This document shows, piece by piece, positions 30,178-38,925 of a DNA stretch of 64,000 nucleotides (position 1 is the first letter of the stretch; each line of letters begins with the position of its first letter). The DNA is taken from contig JANRKO010000007.1 in assembly GCA_033763455.1 (NCBI GenBank), positions 1-64,000 on the forward strand, given 5' to 3'. The notes beneath the pieces are model-generated. The model was not told the DNA's origin, made no database searches, and saw only the letters and a program-made list of their open reading frames with translations. Both the position numbers and the translations under genes were made by a program. Origin of the DNA: Polyangiaceae bacterium. Its GTDB lineage: Bacteria; Myxococcota_A; Polyangia; Polyangiales; Polyangiaceae.

Positions 30178-30483
30178 TCAGCCGGTTCGCTTGAGCACTT
30201 CGACCTCACGAAGAAGCGTTGTTCCGAGACGATCCACCTCGACCTCTAGGTCAAAGGCGGCCTGGAGGTTGAGCCAGAAACGCGGGGAGTTGCGAAAGAA
30301 GCGAGCGAGCCGGAGAGCAGTATCAGCAGAAATCGCGCGCTTGCCGTGCACGATCTCGTTGATCCTGCGGGCGGGGACGTGAAGGCCTTTGGCAAGGCGA
30401 TACTCAGTGAGCGCGAGTGGCTTAAGAAATTCCTCAGCGAGAATTTCGCCTGGATGAACTGGAGGAAGACGTTTACGAGTCAT
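30178..30483 (-). CDS. higA: HigA-family addiction-module antitoxin
   Basis: PVHPGEILAEEFL...RINEIVHGKRAISADTALRL...FWLNLQ. Confidence 0.95.
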   Translation of the reverse strand: MTRKRLPPVHPGEILAEEFLKPLALTEYRLAKGLHVPARRINEIVHGKRAISADTALRLARFFRNSPRFWLNLQAAFDLEVEVDRLGTTLLREVEVLKRTG

Positions 30484-30497
30484 GACGGCAAGTCCTT

Positions 30498-30779
30498 CTA
30501 GTGATAGTCGACGATCTCGACATCGTGAGCGTGGGAGTCAGCCCAGCGGAAACAGATGCGCCACTGGTCGTTGATTCGAATGCTATGCTGGCCGACGCGG
30601 TTGCCTGCGAGCTTCTCAAGGCGGTTAGCGGGAGGAACACGGAGATCGAGAAGACTGGTGGCAGCGTCCAGAATGAGTAACTTTCGGAGGGCAATGCGCT
30701 GCAAATCCAGGGAAAGACGGCGAATCCGTTGACGCTTGAAGAGGCGTTCGGCATCCGAGTCGCGAAAAGAGCATATCAC
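30498..30779 (-). CDS. higB: HigB (RelE-superfamily) toxin
   Basis: DLRVPPANRLEKL.G.R.GQHSIRINDQWRICFRW...VEIVDYH; toxin precedes antitoxin. Confidence 0.95.
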   Translation of the reverse strand: MICSFRDSDAERLFKRQRIRRLSLDLQRIALRKLLILDAATSLLDLRVPPANRLEKLAGNRVGQHSIRINDQWRICFRWADSHAHDVEIVDYH

Positions 30780-30781
30780 GC

Positions 30782-30814
30782 GAAGATAGTAACGCGACGC
30801 GTTACTATCTTCAA
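30782..30814 (-). promoter_or_regulatory. higBA promoter/operator: TTGAAG-17-TACTAT embedded in a perfect 15-bp inverted repeat
   Basis: gaagatagtaacgcg-a-cgcgttactatcttc (30782-30812); -10 lies 6 nt from the GTG start. Confidence 0.8.
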
Positions 30815-30931
30815 GGAGCTTCTGAGGCTACGTCCTCCGACGTGTGCAGTGGAGGCACCCAGGTCAGTCGTGTAATGACGTGATCGACCAGCGCTTCGAC
30901 TAGCCTCGCCATTGAAGCTACTTTACCAACC

Positions 30932-31138
30932 ATGCGCAGACGAACTCGATCGCAGGCTACCACGCTGGTGCAGTGCCCGTTCTGCGGTGAAACTGATGAG
31001 CTCAGCGTGGATTTGGGCGGTGGCGAGAATCAGTCTTACACGGAAGATTGCGCGGTGTGCTGTCGGCCGCGCATAGTGCACGTTGAGCCGGGGGATGAAC
31101 CCGGTGAAGTCAACGTGTGGCTTGAGCGCGAAGAGTGA
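30932..31138 (+). CDS. CPXCG-motif cysteine-rich protein
   Basis: CPFCGE...QSYTEDCAVCCRP. Confidence 0.88.
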   Translation: MRRRTRSQATTLVQCPFCGETDELSVDLGGGENQSYTEDCAVCCRPRIVHVEPGDEPGEVNVWLEREE

Positions 31139-31158
31139 AGGGGGGGCGCCTTTGGCCT

Positions 31159-31833
31159 CTAAAGCTCCACCTCAGCCGGAGCCAAAATCTTCGCGTCCGC
31201 ACCAGCTAACAACTGCGGAAGCTCGACACTTTCCGTCTTCCACCCTCGGTGCCTCAAAACGCCGTGATACGGGGGCGCTCCGGCTACGTTGCCTGTTAAC
31301 TTTACGCGCCGCGCTTCGGAGGCGTCCGACACCGTAATTCGCGCACCTTCCGCCTCCGTTCGCACGGGGGTTAGCTTAAAGTGCTCTGCGAGAGTTTTTT
31401 GGCAGCCGGCATGCACCACGCGCGCTACTTGGCCCACTTCAACGTCGGAAAACGGAGCGATGTCTTGCTGAGTGAAATCGAGGAAGCGACCGTTGCGTTG
31501 TAGGAGGCTGAGTAGGAGCAGGGCCGAGTTTGAGTCGGGGATGGTGGGTGCTGGTTTGGGCTCATCGGTTGCAGGTGCGGCCTTGGTTTCTGTGGTCGCT
31601 GCCGCCGGTGCTTCGTTGCGGCTGCCCGTGTGCCCCGCCGTTCGGTTGTGCGGTGCCGATCCTTCTCCGAGTTGTGGCTGAAGAGTTAGCTCGCGTACGG
31701 TGAGCGCCCAGGAAGCGTCGCGTAAGATTCGGAAGAAAGTGCTCCAGGCGAGCGCCAGGCGTGCGGAAAATGATAGGGGTTCGGTCACAGCGGGCGGGAG
31801 TCTAGGCGAGCTTCGGATGCGATCCATAGGCAC
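31159..31833 (-). CDS. DUF2760-domain protein
   Basis: ALLLLSLLQRNGRFLDF...VARVVHAGC...LTGNVAGAPPYHGVLRHRGW...APAEVEL. Confidence 0.85.
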   Translation of the reverse strand: MPMDRIRSSPRLPPAVTEPLSFSARLALAWSTFFRILRDASWALTVRELTLQPQLGEGSAPHNRTAGHTGSRNEAPAAATTETKAAPATDEPKPAPTIPDSNSALLLLSLLQRNGRFLDFTQQDIAPFSDVEVGQVARVVHAGCQKTLAEHFKLTPVRTEAEGARITVSDASEARRVKLTGNVAGAPPYHGVLRHRGWKTESVELPQLLAGADAKILAPAEVEL

Positions 31834-31889
31834 CTGCCGGATAGGCGGATTGCGCCGCCCAATTCCTTCCCACCCCCGCCCTCAGTAAC

Positions 31890-33032
31890 ATGCCGCCCAT
31901 GCTTGCCCTCTCCCGAATTCTCTCGCAGTTGGATGCATTGGCGCCACTCGCTTTGGCGGAACCCTGGGACAACGTGGGGCTCTTGTTGGAGCCACCGCGC
32001 TTCCGCAGCGATGCGGCCGAGGTGGAGCAGGCGCTGCTCACCATTGATCTGACGCCCGCTGTGCTCGAGGAGGCGGTTGCGGCCAAGGCTGATCTAATTA
32101 TAGCTTATCACCCGCCGATTTTTTCTGGCCAAAAGCGTCTTACCTTCCAAAACCCCACGCAAGCTCTAGTTCTCTCGGCGCTCGAAGCCGGCATCGCAAT
32201 CTATTCGCCCCACACGGCGCTCGATGCAGCAGCAGGGGGTATGAATGATTGGTTAGCGGCGGGGGCTGGTGCGGGCCACATGGCAGCTCTTTTGCCAAGC
32301 GACCAGGGGAGGCCTCGCTACAAGCTGATTGTGTTTGTGCCCGAGGAAAACGCTGAGGCTCTGCGCTCTGCACTCTGCAAACATCCGTCATTGGCGCACA
32401 TCGGTGAGTACTCTGAGTGCACTTTTGCATCAACTGGGGAAGGAACGTTTCTCGGCTCCGAGCAATCCAATCCGGTACTAGGCGAACGTGGCAGCCTCAC
32501 GCGCGTGCGCGAAGTGCGTCTCGAAATGTTGTGCGAACAGGCAGCAATAGCCTTAATTCCGGGACTTCTGAAGCAGCACCACCCGTATGAAGAGCCCGCT
32601 TGGGAAGTGCAACGATTAGAGCCGTTAGTGGATGTTGCGGTGGGCATGGGGCGCTCACTTTTGCTCACCACACCAGCTCCGCTCAACGAATTGGTGCAGC
32701 GCTACAAAGAACACCTGGGCGTTCCGTTCTTGCGGGTGGCCGCGAGCTCAGCGCATGAGCGGGGAGTTGCCATTCAGCGAATTCATGTGTGTGCGGGCTC
32801 AGGTGGAGAGGTGTTTCAGAAAGCTTCGCCCGCTGATCTCTATGTTACGGGTGAGCTTCGGCATCACGACATTCTGGCGCTGGTGGCTCGTGGAGCTAGC
32901 GTAATCGTATCGGACCACAGCAACAGTGAACGCGGTTACCTGCCCAATTACCGGAGGCGAATCTTGGAGAACCTTCCTGAGCTACGTGTACTGATCTCGG
33001 AAAGCGATAGGGATCCGTTGCGTGTGGTGTGA
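31890..33032 (+). CDS. Nif3/DUF34 dinuclear metal-centre protein with PII-like insert
   Basis: WDNVGL, AYHPPIF, HTALD, HPYEEP, TGELRHH, HSNSER. Confidence 0.92.
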   Translation: MPPMLALSRILSQLDALAPLALAEPWDNVGLLLEPPRFRSDAAEVEQALLTIDLTPAVLEEAVAAKADLIIAYHPPIFSGQKRLTFQNPTQALVLSALEAGIAIYSPHTALDAAAGGMNDWLAAGAGAGHMAALLPSDQGRPRYKLIVFVPEENAEALRSALCKHPSLAHIGEYSECTFASTGEGTFLGSEQSNPVLGERGSLTRVREVRLEMLCEQAAIALIPGLLKQHHPYEEPAWEVQRLEPLVDVAVGMGRSLLLTTPAPLNELVQRYKEHLGVPFLRVAASSAHERGVAIQRIHVCAGSGGEVFQKASPADLYVTGELRHHDILALVARGASVIVSDHSNSERGYLPNYRRRILENLPELRVLISESDRDPLRVV

Positions 33033-33075
33033 GCTTGCGGAAAAGCTCGGCAGACCAGCACTCGCACTAATCCCT

Positions 33076-33561
33076 CTAGCCCAGGCCTAACAGCATAAGA
33101 GACGGTTGGTGGGGCGACTCAACGAAGCCATGGTGGACGTAGAAGGCCTTCGCCCCGGCGTCGATGGCGTGGCACACCAGCGCGCGGACTCCGATGAGCT
33201 CGCTAGCCTGAAGGGCGCGCAAGACAGCATCTTTGAGCAGCCCCGCGCCGATGCCGCGCCCCGTCCAGCCTTGGTGCACCGCAAGCCTACCGAGAACAAT
33301 GCAGGGGATCGGATCCGGCATGTTGCGCCGCACCCGACCAGGAGCGACTGCGACAGCTATGGACCCTGCGGCTAGTGCGTAATAGCCGACGACCTGCCGC
33401 TTGGGAGCGCACACGACATAGGTGCGTGACGCACCGGCGACTGAGTTTGCTAGGGCGCGGCGAGTCAGCCATTGGCTGAGCGAATCGTTGGAACAGACGA
33501 AGCCCGCAACATTGTGCTCGGATGTCAGCGGCTCGGGTGACGACAACGCCGCCGTGATCAT
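33076..33561 (-). CDS. GNAT acetyltransferase toxin (TacT/AtaT-like)
   Basis: VVGYYAL...PDPIP...LGRLAV...GRGIG...FY.HHGF. Confidence 0.9.
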   Translation of the reverse strand: MITAALSSPEPLTSEHNVAGFVCSNDSLSQWLTRRALANSVAGASRTYVVCAPKRQVVGYYALAAGSIAVAVAPGRVRRNMPDPIPCIVLGRLAVHQGWTGRGIGAGLLKDAVLRALQASELIGVRALVCHAIDAGAKAFYVHHGFVESPHQPSLMLLGLG

Positions 33562-33830
33562 TTATCCCAAGGCGCTCTACGAGCCAGCAGACTTTTGATG
33601 GCTGGATTGTTCGAAAGCGGGGCCTTCATCAGGGCTTCGAACTTCGCGTATTGAGCGGGAGAGACTGTAAAGAGAACCTGGTCCAGCAGCACCTGCTGGG
33701 CTTTCTCTCGCGAGGCCTCCAGCATGAACTCAGTTCGGCTCTTGCCCTGCAGTTCTGCGGCACGGTCAATCAGAGCGCGCTGGGCCTTGGGAGTTCGTAG
33801 ATTGATGACGGTCGAGCTCGAAGCAGCCAT
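33558..33830 (-). CDS. DUF1778 RHH antitoxin (TacA/AtaR-like)
   Basis: INLR...LIDRAAELQGKSRTEFML...APW; overlaps the GNAT gene. Confidence 0.92.
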   Translation of the reverse strand: MAASSSTVINLRTPKAQRALIDRAAELQGKSRTEFMLEASREKAQQVLLDQVLFTVSPAQYAKFEALMKAPLSNNPAIKSLLARRAPWDK

Positions 33831-33850
33831 AACTTGAGTAGCTTAGCAGC

Positions 33851-33871
33851 TGTATGGACGTTGTCCACACA
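33851..33871. promoter_or_regulatory. Probable operator of the DUF1778-GNAT module
   Basis: tgtatggac-gtt-gtccacaca (8/9 inverted match) just upstream of a TAAGCT -10-like hexamer. Confidence 0.6.
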
Positions 33872-34195
33872 AGCAAAGTGGGGAGCGTGGCGCCAGGCGC
33901 CGCCCATGACTGAGCCGCGCGAGATCGTAGCCGAAACGGCGGGAGCCAAGCGTCGAAGTGGGTCATGCGCTGGAGTGATGCTGCTGCCAGCTTCAACAAC
34001 ATCCAGGTGACGTTTCCTCCGCTTTGAACGTGGGGTTGTCAGCTTCCCAAAAGGGTAAACCCTAGATGCGCCAGCCAACACGCTGTCCAACACGCTGACT
34101 CCCCGTGGATCAGCGGGGTATTGTCTTGAGTTTGCGCCTTCAACTTTCCTGGGAGTGCCTTACTAGGCGCCGCCAGCCGGGCTAAGCTCCGCGAC

Positions 34196-35116
34196 ATGTG
34201 GAAGGGTGCTTTCAGCCGCGGGTTGACGTGGGGAGCTGCAAGTCGAAGTTGGGCAGTCCCGCGGTGCTTCTCAAAAGCCGTAAGGATGACAGCCGTCGCC
34301 TTTTTGGTATTCGTTGCTGGCGTGTCAATAGGTTGCGCTCATGCCCCCCCGCCGGTTCCCGGCCCGCTTCGAGGCCCGGGATTTCAGGCGAACGCTGGGT
34401 ACTACGGCACCTCAGAGCCTCTCAAGCTCACCTTCCGCGAGCCGGCGAGCCAGATACAGGTTAATGTTGGGCAATCAGGAGGGGCTCCTGTTATTCCTCA
34501 CCGCTTCGGCGGGAGATGGAGCGGTGCGGAGTGGTTCGACCTAGGGGCTGACGTCACCTTGCTCGACGCGGGTGGGGATGTGCGGTTCGGGATGTCGGAG
34601 AAACTGACATCCGTTCCGTGGTCAGTATCTCTAGGAGGGCGAAGCGGGGGTGCAGGGCCAATCTCCAAGGATAACCGGAGTATTCGAGAACTTCGCCTCC
34701 GCCTGGATGCCTATCCGCGTCTTGCTCGCAAGTTAGGTCTTAGCTTGAGCGCAGGTATCAGTCGGGGCAGGAGGTGGGCATATTATGAAGCTAAGACCTA
34801 CGATAACTTTGTGAGTGAGGGGGTTACTCTGCTCTGGGAGGATACTCGGCTTGAGGCGACGCTCGGGGCCAATTGGGATCTCTCGCCGAACCGGTTCGGC
34901 GCAAGAGCTGGGGTGATGCCCTATGTTATTTTGGGAGATGCCCAAGGAGTTAAGGGAAAATCGAGTCTGCCCGCCTATGCGCAGCTAACCGACGTTTCAC
35001 AGGACTTCGGCTTCGTATTTTTTCTGGATATATGGGCATTTATCAGGTTCGGGAAAAAGCCGACGATAAGTCAGGATTCGACCCCCTCAACAAGGAGCGA
35101 AGGCACCAAACCTTAA
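34196..35116 (+). CDS. Hypothetical secreted or outer-membrane protein
   Basis: 306-aa ORF; SIGC lipobox-like; beta-strand-like alternation. Confidence 0.6.
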   Translation: MWKGAFSRGLTWGAASRSWAVPRCFSKAVRMTAVAFLVFVAGVSIGCAHAPPPVPGPLRGPGFQANAGYYGTSEPLKLTFREPASQIQVNVGQSGGAPVIPHRFGGRWSGAEWFDLGADVTLLDAGGDVRFGMSEKLTSVPWSVSLGGRSGGAGPISKDNRSIRELRLRLDAYPRLARKLGLSLSAGISRGRRWAYYEAKTYDNFVSEGVTLLWEDTRLEATLGANWDLSPNRFGARAGVMPYVILGDAQGVKGKSSLPAYAQLTDVSQDFGFVFFLDIWAFIRFGKKPTISQDSTPSTRSEGTKP

Positions 35117-35125
35117 TGATCCACC

Positions 35126-36022
35126 CTACTCTTTGGCCTTGCCAAAAATCTTAGAACCGGGCGGCACGGACTTGGTGAGCCACACATTGCCGCCGATCAC
35201 GGAACCCGCGCCAATCACCGTATCGCCGCCCAAAATGGTGGCACCGGAGTAGATGGTGACGTCGTTTTCAAGTGTGGGGTGGCGTTTTCGGGCGAGCCCA
35301 TTTGGGTGGTCGCTCCGCTTGGTGGAAATGGCTCCCAAGGTAACGCCTTGGTACACTTTCACATTGGTGCCGATCTCGCATGTTTCGCCGATCACCACGC
35401 CGGTGCCGTGATCCAGGAAAAAGCCCTCGCCGATCTTGGCGCCCGGGTGAATATCGATACCTGTCGCGCTGTGGGCGTATTCGGAAATAATTCGCGGGAT
35501 CATCGGCACGCCTTCTTGGAAAAGAATGTGGCCAATGCGGTGGCAAGTGAGCGCTTCAATGGCCGGGTAGCTGAAGACAACTTCCTCAACGCTCCGCGCT
35601 GCGGGATCCCCCTCGTAGGCGGCGAGAAGATCGGCATTGAGGATTCGGCGAAGCTCGGGCAGGCGATTGAATAGGCGCAACACTACAGATTGACTAAAAT
35701 CCTCACAATCTGGCTTGGCGTCTCGATGGGCGCGCTTTTCGTAAGTAACCGCGCGATTGATTTGCCCCGTTAAGATCTCGTACGCGGGGTATACGTGCTC
35801 GCTGATCGCGAAGCGTAGGTTGTGAGGGTTCAGCGAGCGCTGGCTGTAAAAGCCGATGTAGATGATCGGCTTCAGATGATTCAACGCGGTGATGACGGCG
35901 CGCTTATTGGGTAGGGCGGCACTTTCGAGATTATTGATCTCTTGCGGGCCGGAGTAGCTGTCGACGACGGCATCAATGGCGTCCTCCAGCTCTTCAATGC
36001 GCGTGGGCGGGATGTTGGGCAT
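35126..36022 (-). CDS. cysE: Serine O-acetyltransferase
   Basis: GDPAA, TGIDIHPGA, DHGTGVVIGET, YQGVTLG, KRHPT; likely start MPNIPP. Confidence 0.92.
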   Translation of the reverse strand: MPNIPPTRIEELEDAIDAVVDSYSGPQEINNLESAALPNKRAVITALNHLKPIIYIGFYSQRSLNPHNLRFAISEHVYPAYEILTGQINRAVTYEKRAHRDAKPDCEDFSQSVVLRLFNRLPELRRILNADLLAAYEGDPAARSVEEVVFSYPAIEALTCHRIGHILFQEGVPMIPRIISEYAHSATGIDIHPGAKIGEGFFLDHGTGVVIGETCEIGTNVKVYQGVTLGAISTKRSDHPNGLARKRHPTLENDVTIYSGATILGGDTVIGAGSVIGGNVWLTKSVPPGSKIFGKAKE

Positions 36023-36187
36023 GCGGCGGAACCTCAGTCTACCCGGTTCGGCGGCCCTCACCAACTTGTCCATGGAGGGCCGCATAGCCCGAGTTTGGGG
36101 CCGAAAGGTGACGTGCCCGACCCGAATTCGTGACGTTGGTTCGGTCCCTAGGCTAGGCTCGCAAGAGCCCAACCGCTGAGGACTGAA

Positions 36188-36859
36188 GTGCCGGAGTTGA
36201 CCTTAGAAGAACCCGAGCGACTAGCCGTCGAAACGCTCGACGACCTTTCGCCAAGTCAAGATCCGGGGTTTTTGCGACTCGTACGGCGCCGCTTTCAGTT
36301 GCGGTTGGCCGATGGACGAATAAGTGAGCCCTTTGTGTACGACGCGATTTCGCGAAAGGCGCTCGATGCGGTGGTAATTGTGCCTCACTTTGTAGAGGAG
36401 GGGCGCCGCTTCGTTTATCTTATTAGCTCCGTTCGCCCGCCGTTAGCTTTGAGAGATGATTCTAGAATGGCGGGGGATGGCCCTACGCATGCCGTTTTGT
36501 GGGAACTTCCCGCCGGGCTCATCGAGCCGGAAGAGTTGGGCGTAGTGGGTGCGAGAACTGCGGCTAAACGTGAATTGTTCGAAGAGATCGGCTTTGACGT
36601 GCCGGAAGGGTCACTCACCGAACTCGGGAGAAGCTCCTTTCCGGCGCCGGGTGTGATTGGCGAGCGTCACTTCTTTTTCGAAGTGGAGGTCGCTCCAAGT
36701 TCCCGTCAGGTTCCTGGGCTTGATGGTTCGGTGTTGGAGCAGCATGGGCGAGTGGGCGTATTCGAGGTAGAGGCAGCTCTTTTGGCCTGCAGGGAAGGGC
36801 GCCTGGAAGACGCGAAAACGGAGCTAGGTTTGCGGCGGCTGAAGGAGAGGTTTGCTTGA
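36188..36859 (+). CDS. NUDIX hydrolase (ADP-ribose pyrophosphatase-like)
   Basis: WELPAGLIE...AAKRELFEEIG Nudix box; EDAKT. Confidence 0.88.
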   Translation: MPELTLEEPERLAVETLDDLSPSQDPGFLRLVRRRFQLRLADGRISEPFVYDAISRKALDAVVIVPHFVEEGRRFVYLISSVRPPLALRDDSRMAGDGPTHAVLWELPAGLIEPEELGVVGARTAAKRELFEEIGFDVPEGSLTELGRSSFPAPGVIGERHFFFEVEVAPSSRQVPGLDGSVLEQHGRVGVFEVEAALLACREGRLEDAKTELGLRRLKERFA

Positions 36860-36893
36860 GCGGGTCACACGGGGTCTGGAAGAAGGGCTTCGC

Positions 36894-37826
36894 ATGACTT
36901 CGTCACACGTTATCCTTGTGGCTAAGAAGTCTGCGTATCAGCGCTACGTGGAGCAGAAGCAAGATGCTCGTGCGCAGGAGTTACTGCGAGCATCCGATCC
37001 TGCTGTGGCCAGCTGGATGGCTTCGCACGAAGAACACGAGCGCACGTTGGGGCAAGCCAAAGCTGTGCTTGCCAAGCTGAACGCGAAAGTTACGGTGCGG
37101 GCGGCCTCTCACACCCCATTTGAGACCAAAGGCGCCGATCTTGTTTTGACGGTGGGTGGGGATGGCACGTTGCTCAGCGCTTCGCACAACGTGGGCCTGG
37201 TGCCGGTGTTGGGCGTCAATAGCTCCCCTAGCTTCAGCGTGGGTTTCTTCTGCGCGGCCAATGCCAGCAACCTCGAAGACATGCTGGTGCAGGCGCTTCA
37301 AGACCGCACCGAGCGAGTAGTGCTTACGCGGATGCAGGTAACACTCAATGGAGATCGCATTTCGAATCGTGTTTTGAATGAAGCGCTCTATTGTCACGCC
37401 TCTCCGGCGGCCACGTCTCGCTACATTTTGGAAGCGAGCTCCATCTCGGAGGAGCAGCGTTCGAGCGGGTTTTGGGTGGGGCCCGCTGCGGGTTCCACCG
37501 GCGCATTGCATTCTGCAGGTGGGACGATCCTGCCGCTATCAGCGCCGGAATTGCAGTTGGTGGTGCGGGAGCCGTATACGCCAGCTGGTCAGCGTTACGA
37601 GTTGCTAAAGGTGATTGTCTCCCAGAACGAAAGCATCGTGGTGCGAAGCAAAATGCAGGATGGCGCCATGTTTCTGGATGGGCCGTACAAGCGCGTGGCG
37701 GTGCGCCTGGGCGATGTTGCGTCTTTTGCGACTTCAGATGAACCGCTTACGTTGCTTGGCTTTTCCAAGCGTCGCCATGTTCCAAGCGTAACCGGCCGAG
37801 ACTTCGCCGGTACGCGAGAATCCTGA
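36894..37826 (+). CDS. nadK: NAD(+)/NADH kinase
   Basis: GGDGTLL; LNE; AAGSTG...SAGG. Confidence 0.9.
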   Translation: MTSSHVILVAKKSAYQRYVEQKQDARAQELLRASDPAVASWMASHEEHERTLGQAKAVLAKLNAKVTVRAASHTPFETKGADLVLTVGGDGTLLSASHNVGLVPVLGVNSSPSFSVGFFCAANASNLEDMLVQALQDRTERVVLTRMQVTLNGDRISNRVLNEALYCHASPAATSRYILEASSISEEQRSSGFWVGPAAGSTGALHSAGGTILPLSAPELQLVVREPYTPAGQRYELLKVIVSQNESIVVRSKMQDGAMFLDGPYKRVAVRLGDVASFATSDEPLTLLGFSKRRHVPSVTGRDFAGTRES

Positions 37827-38084
37827 AATTACACCCACATTTGTCTACGTGGCACGTCTCGGAACCACGACGCAGCGGCAGGGTCCTGACCCCGCTCAAT
37901 GAATGAGTTCAAGCGCTTGGCTCATCTCACCTGCAGGATGGCAAAGGTTGCTGTAGACTTTATGGAGTGGCTCCGGAAGAGGTGCTCGGCAAAGAGCCTA
38001 CTTTTTCGGTGCTCCCCTGAGCCGATTGATTACGGCTCGGGCCCTTAGCCGTACCACTCATTTCTTCACTTGGAGCCCCTCCTT

Positions 38085-38885
38085 ATGAAAAAAGTAGCGT
38101 CCGTTGTCAGTTGTGGTTTTGTTTTCATTGCTGGCCTTTCGCTCACCGGCGCGTGTTCGGGTGAGGCTTTTGAGGGAAGCCTCGCTGCGGGTGGAGTGGG
38201 GGGTTCTCTGGCCTCTGGGGGCACAGGCGGAAAGAATTCTATGGGCGGCGCCAAGGCCACTACGGGTGGCGCGTTGGGTTCCGGCGGGCAGATGGGAAGC
38301 GGAGGCGTTAGCGCTATTGGGGGCGCGGGAAACGGAGGGCGCCCTGGAGTGGGTGGTTCGCAACCTGGCGGGGGAGCACCTCCAGTTAACTCCTGCAACA
38401 ACGAAGCCGACTGTACTGCTTGTTTGTACCCCACCGCCCCCAAAACCCACGACGAATGTTACTGCCCCACGTGTGCGAGCACGCCTCTTTCAAGGGCTCT
38501 CTGCGATTACAACGAGAACGCGTTCAAAGCCCAGCAGTGCGACACTTCGATGTGCCCGCTTGCGCCATGCGCTGTGCCCGAGCCCGTGGGCTGCGATAAT
38601 CAAAAGTGCGTCTTCAAGAGTTCGGGCGGTGTCGAGTGCGAACGCAGCACCGACTGCACCAACTGTGCGTACGCCACCGCGCCGCAAAGCCCCAACCAGT
38701 GCACGTGCCCCGGTTGCGGTACGCCCATGCCCGTCTCGCGCTGCGAAGACAACACCAAAGCTTGGGAAGAGCAGGGGTGCAGTAACCTCGCCCTTCCTTG
38801 CCCCGCGATTGCGTGCATTCAGGCAGGGCCAGCTATCTGCTCGCCAGACGGAAAATGCATCGCCGATCCGAATATGGCGTTCTAG
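38085..38885 (+). CDS. Lipoprotein with Gly-rich linker and two tandem Cys-rich modules
   Basis: TGAC lipobox; two copies of C...DCT.C.Y.TAP.....C.CP.C. Confidence 0.75.
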   Translation: MKKVASVVSCGFVFIAGLSLTGACSGEAFEGSLAAGGVGGSLASGGTGGKNSMGGAKATTGGALGSGGQMGSGGVSAIGGAGNGGRPGVGGSQPGGGAPPVNSCNNEADCTACLYPTAPKTHDECYCPTCASTPLSRALCDYNENAFKAQQCDTSMCPLAPCAVPEPVGCDNQKCVFKSSGGVECERSTDCTNCAYATAPQSPNQCTCPGCGTPMPVSRCEDNTKAWEEQGCSNLALPCPAIACIQAGPAICSPDGKCIADPNMAF

Positions 38886-38925
38886 GCTTCTCGCGCGCGC
38901 CCCGCCCCCCCCCTATACACCTCCT

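Noticed and set aside
30178..33830. Integron cassette array carrying TA modules
   Set aside because: No integrase and no convincing attC (RYYYAAC...GTTRRRY) pairs at gene ends
38013..38026. 6S RNA, from TCCCCTGAGCCGAT resembling E. coli ssrS
   Set aside because: Only a short match; the remainder does not fit a 6S rod by eye and no zapA or ygfA neighbour is present
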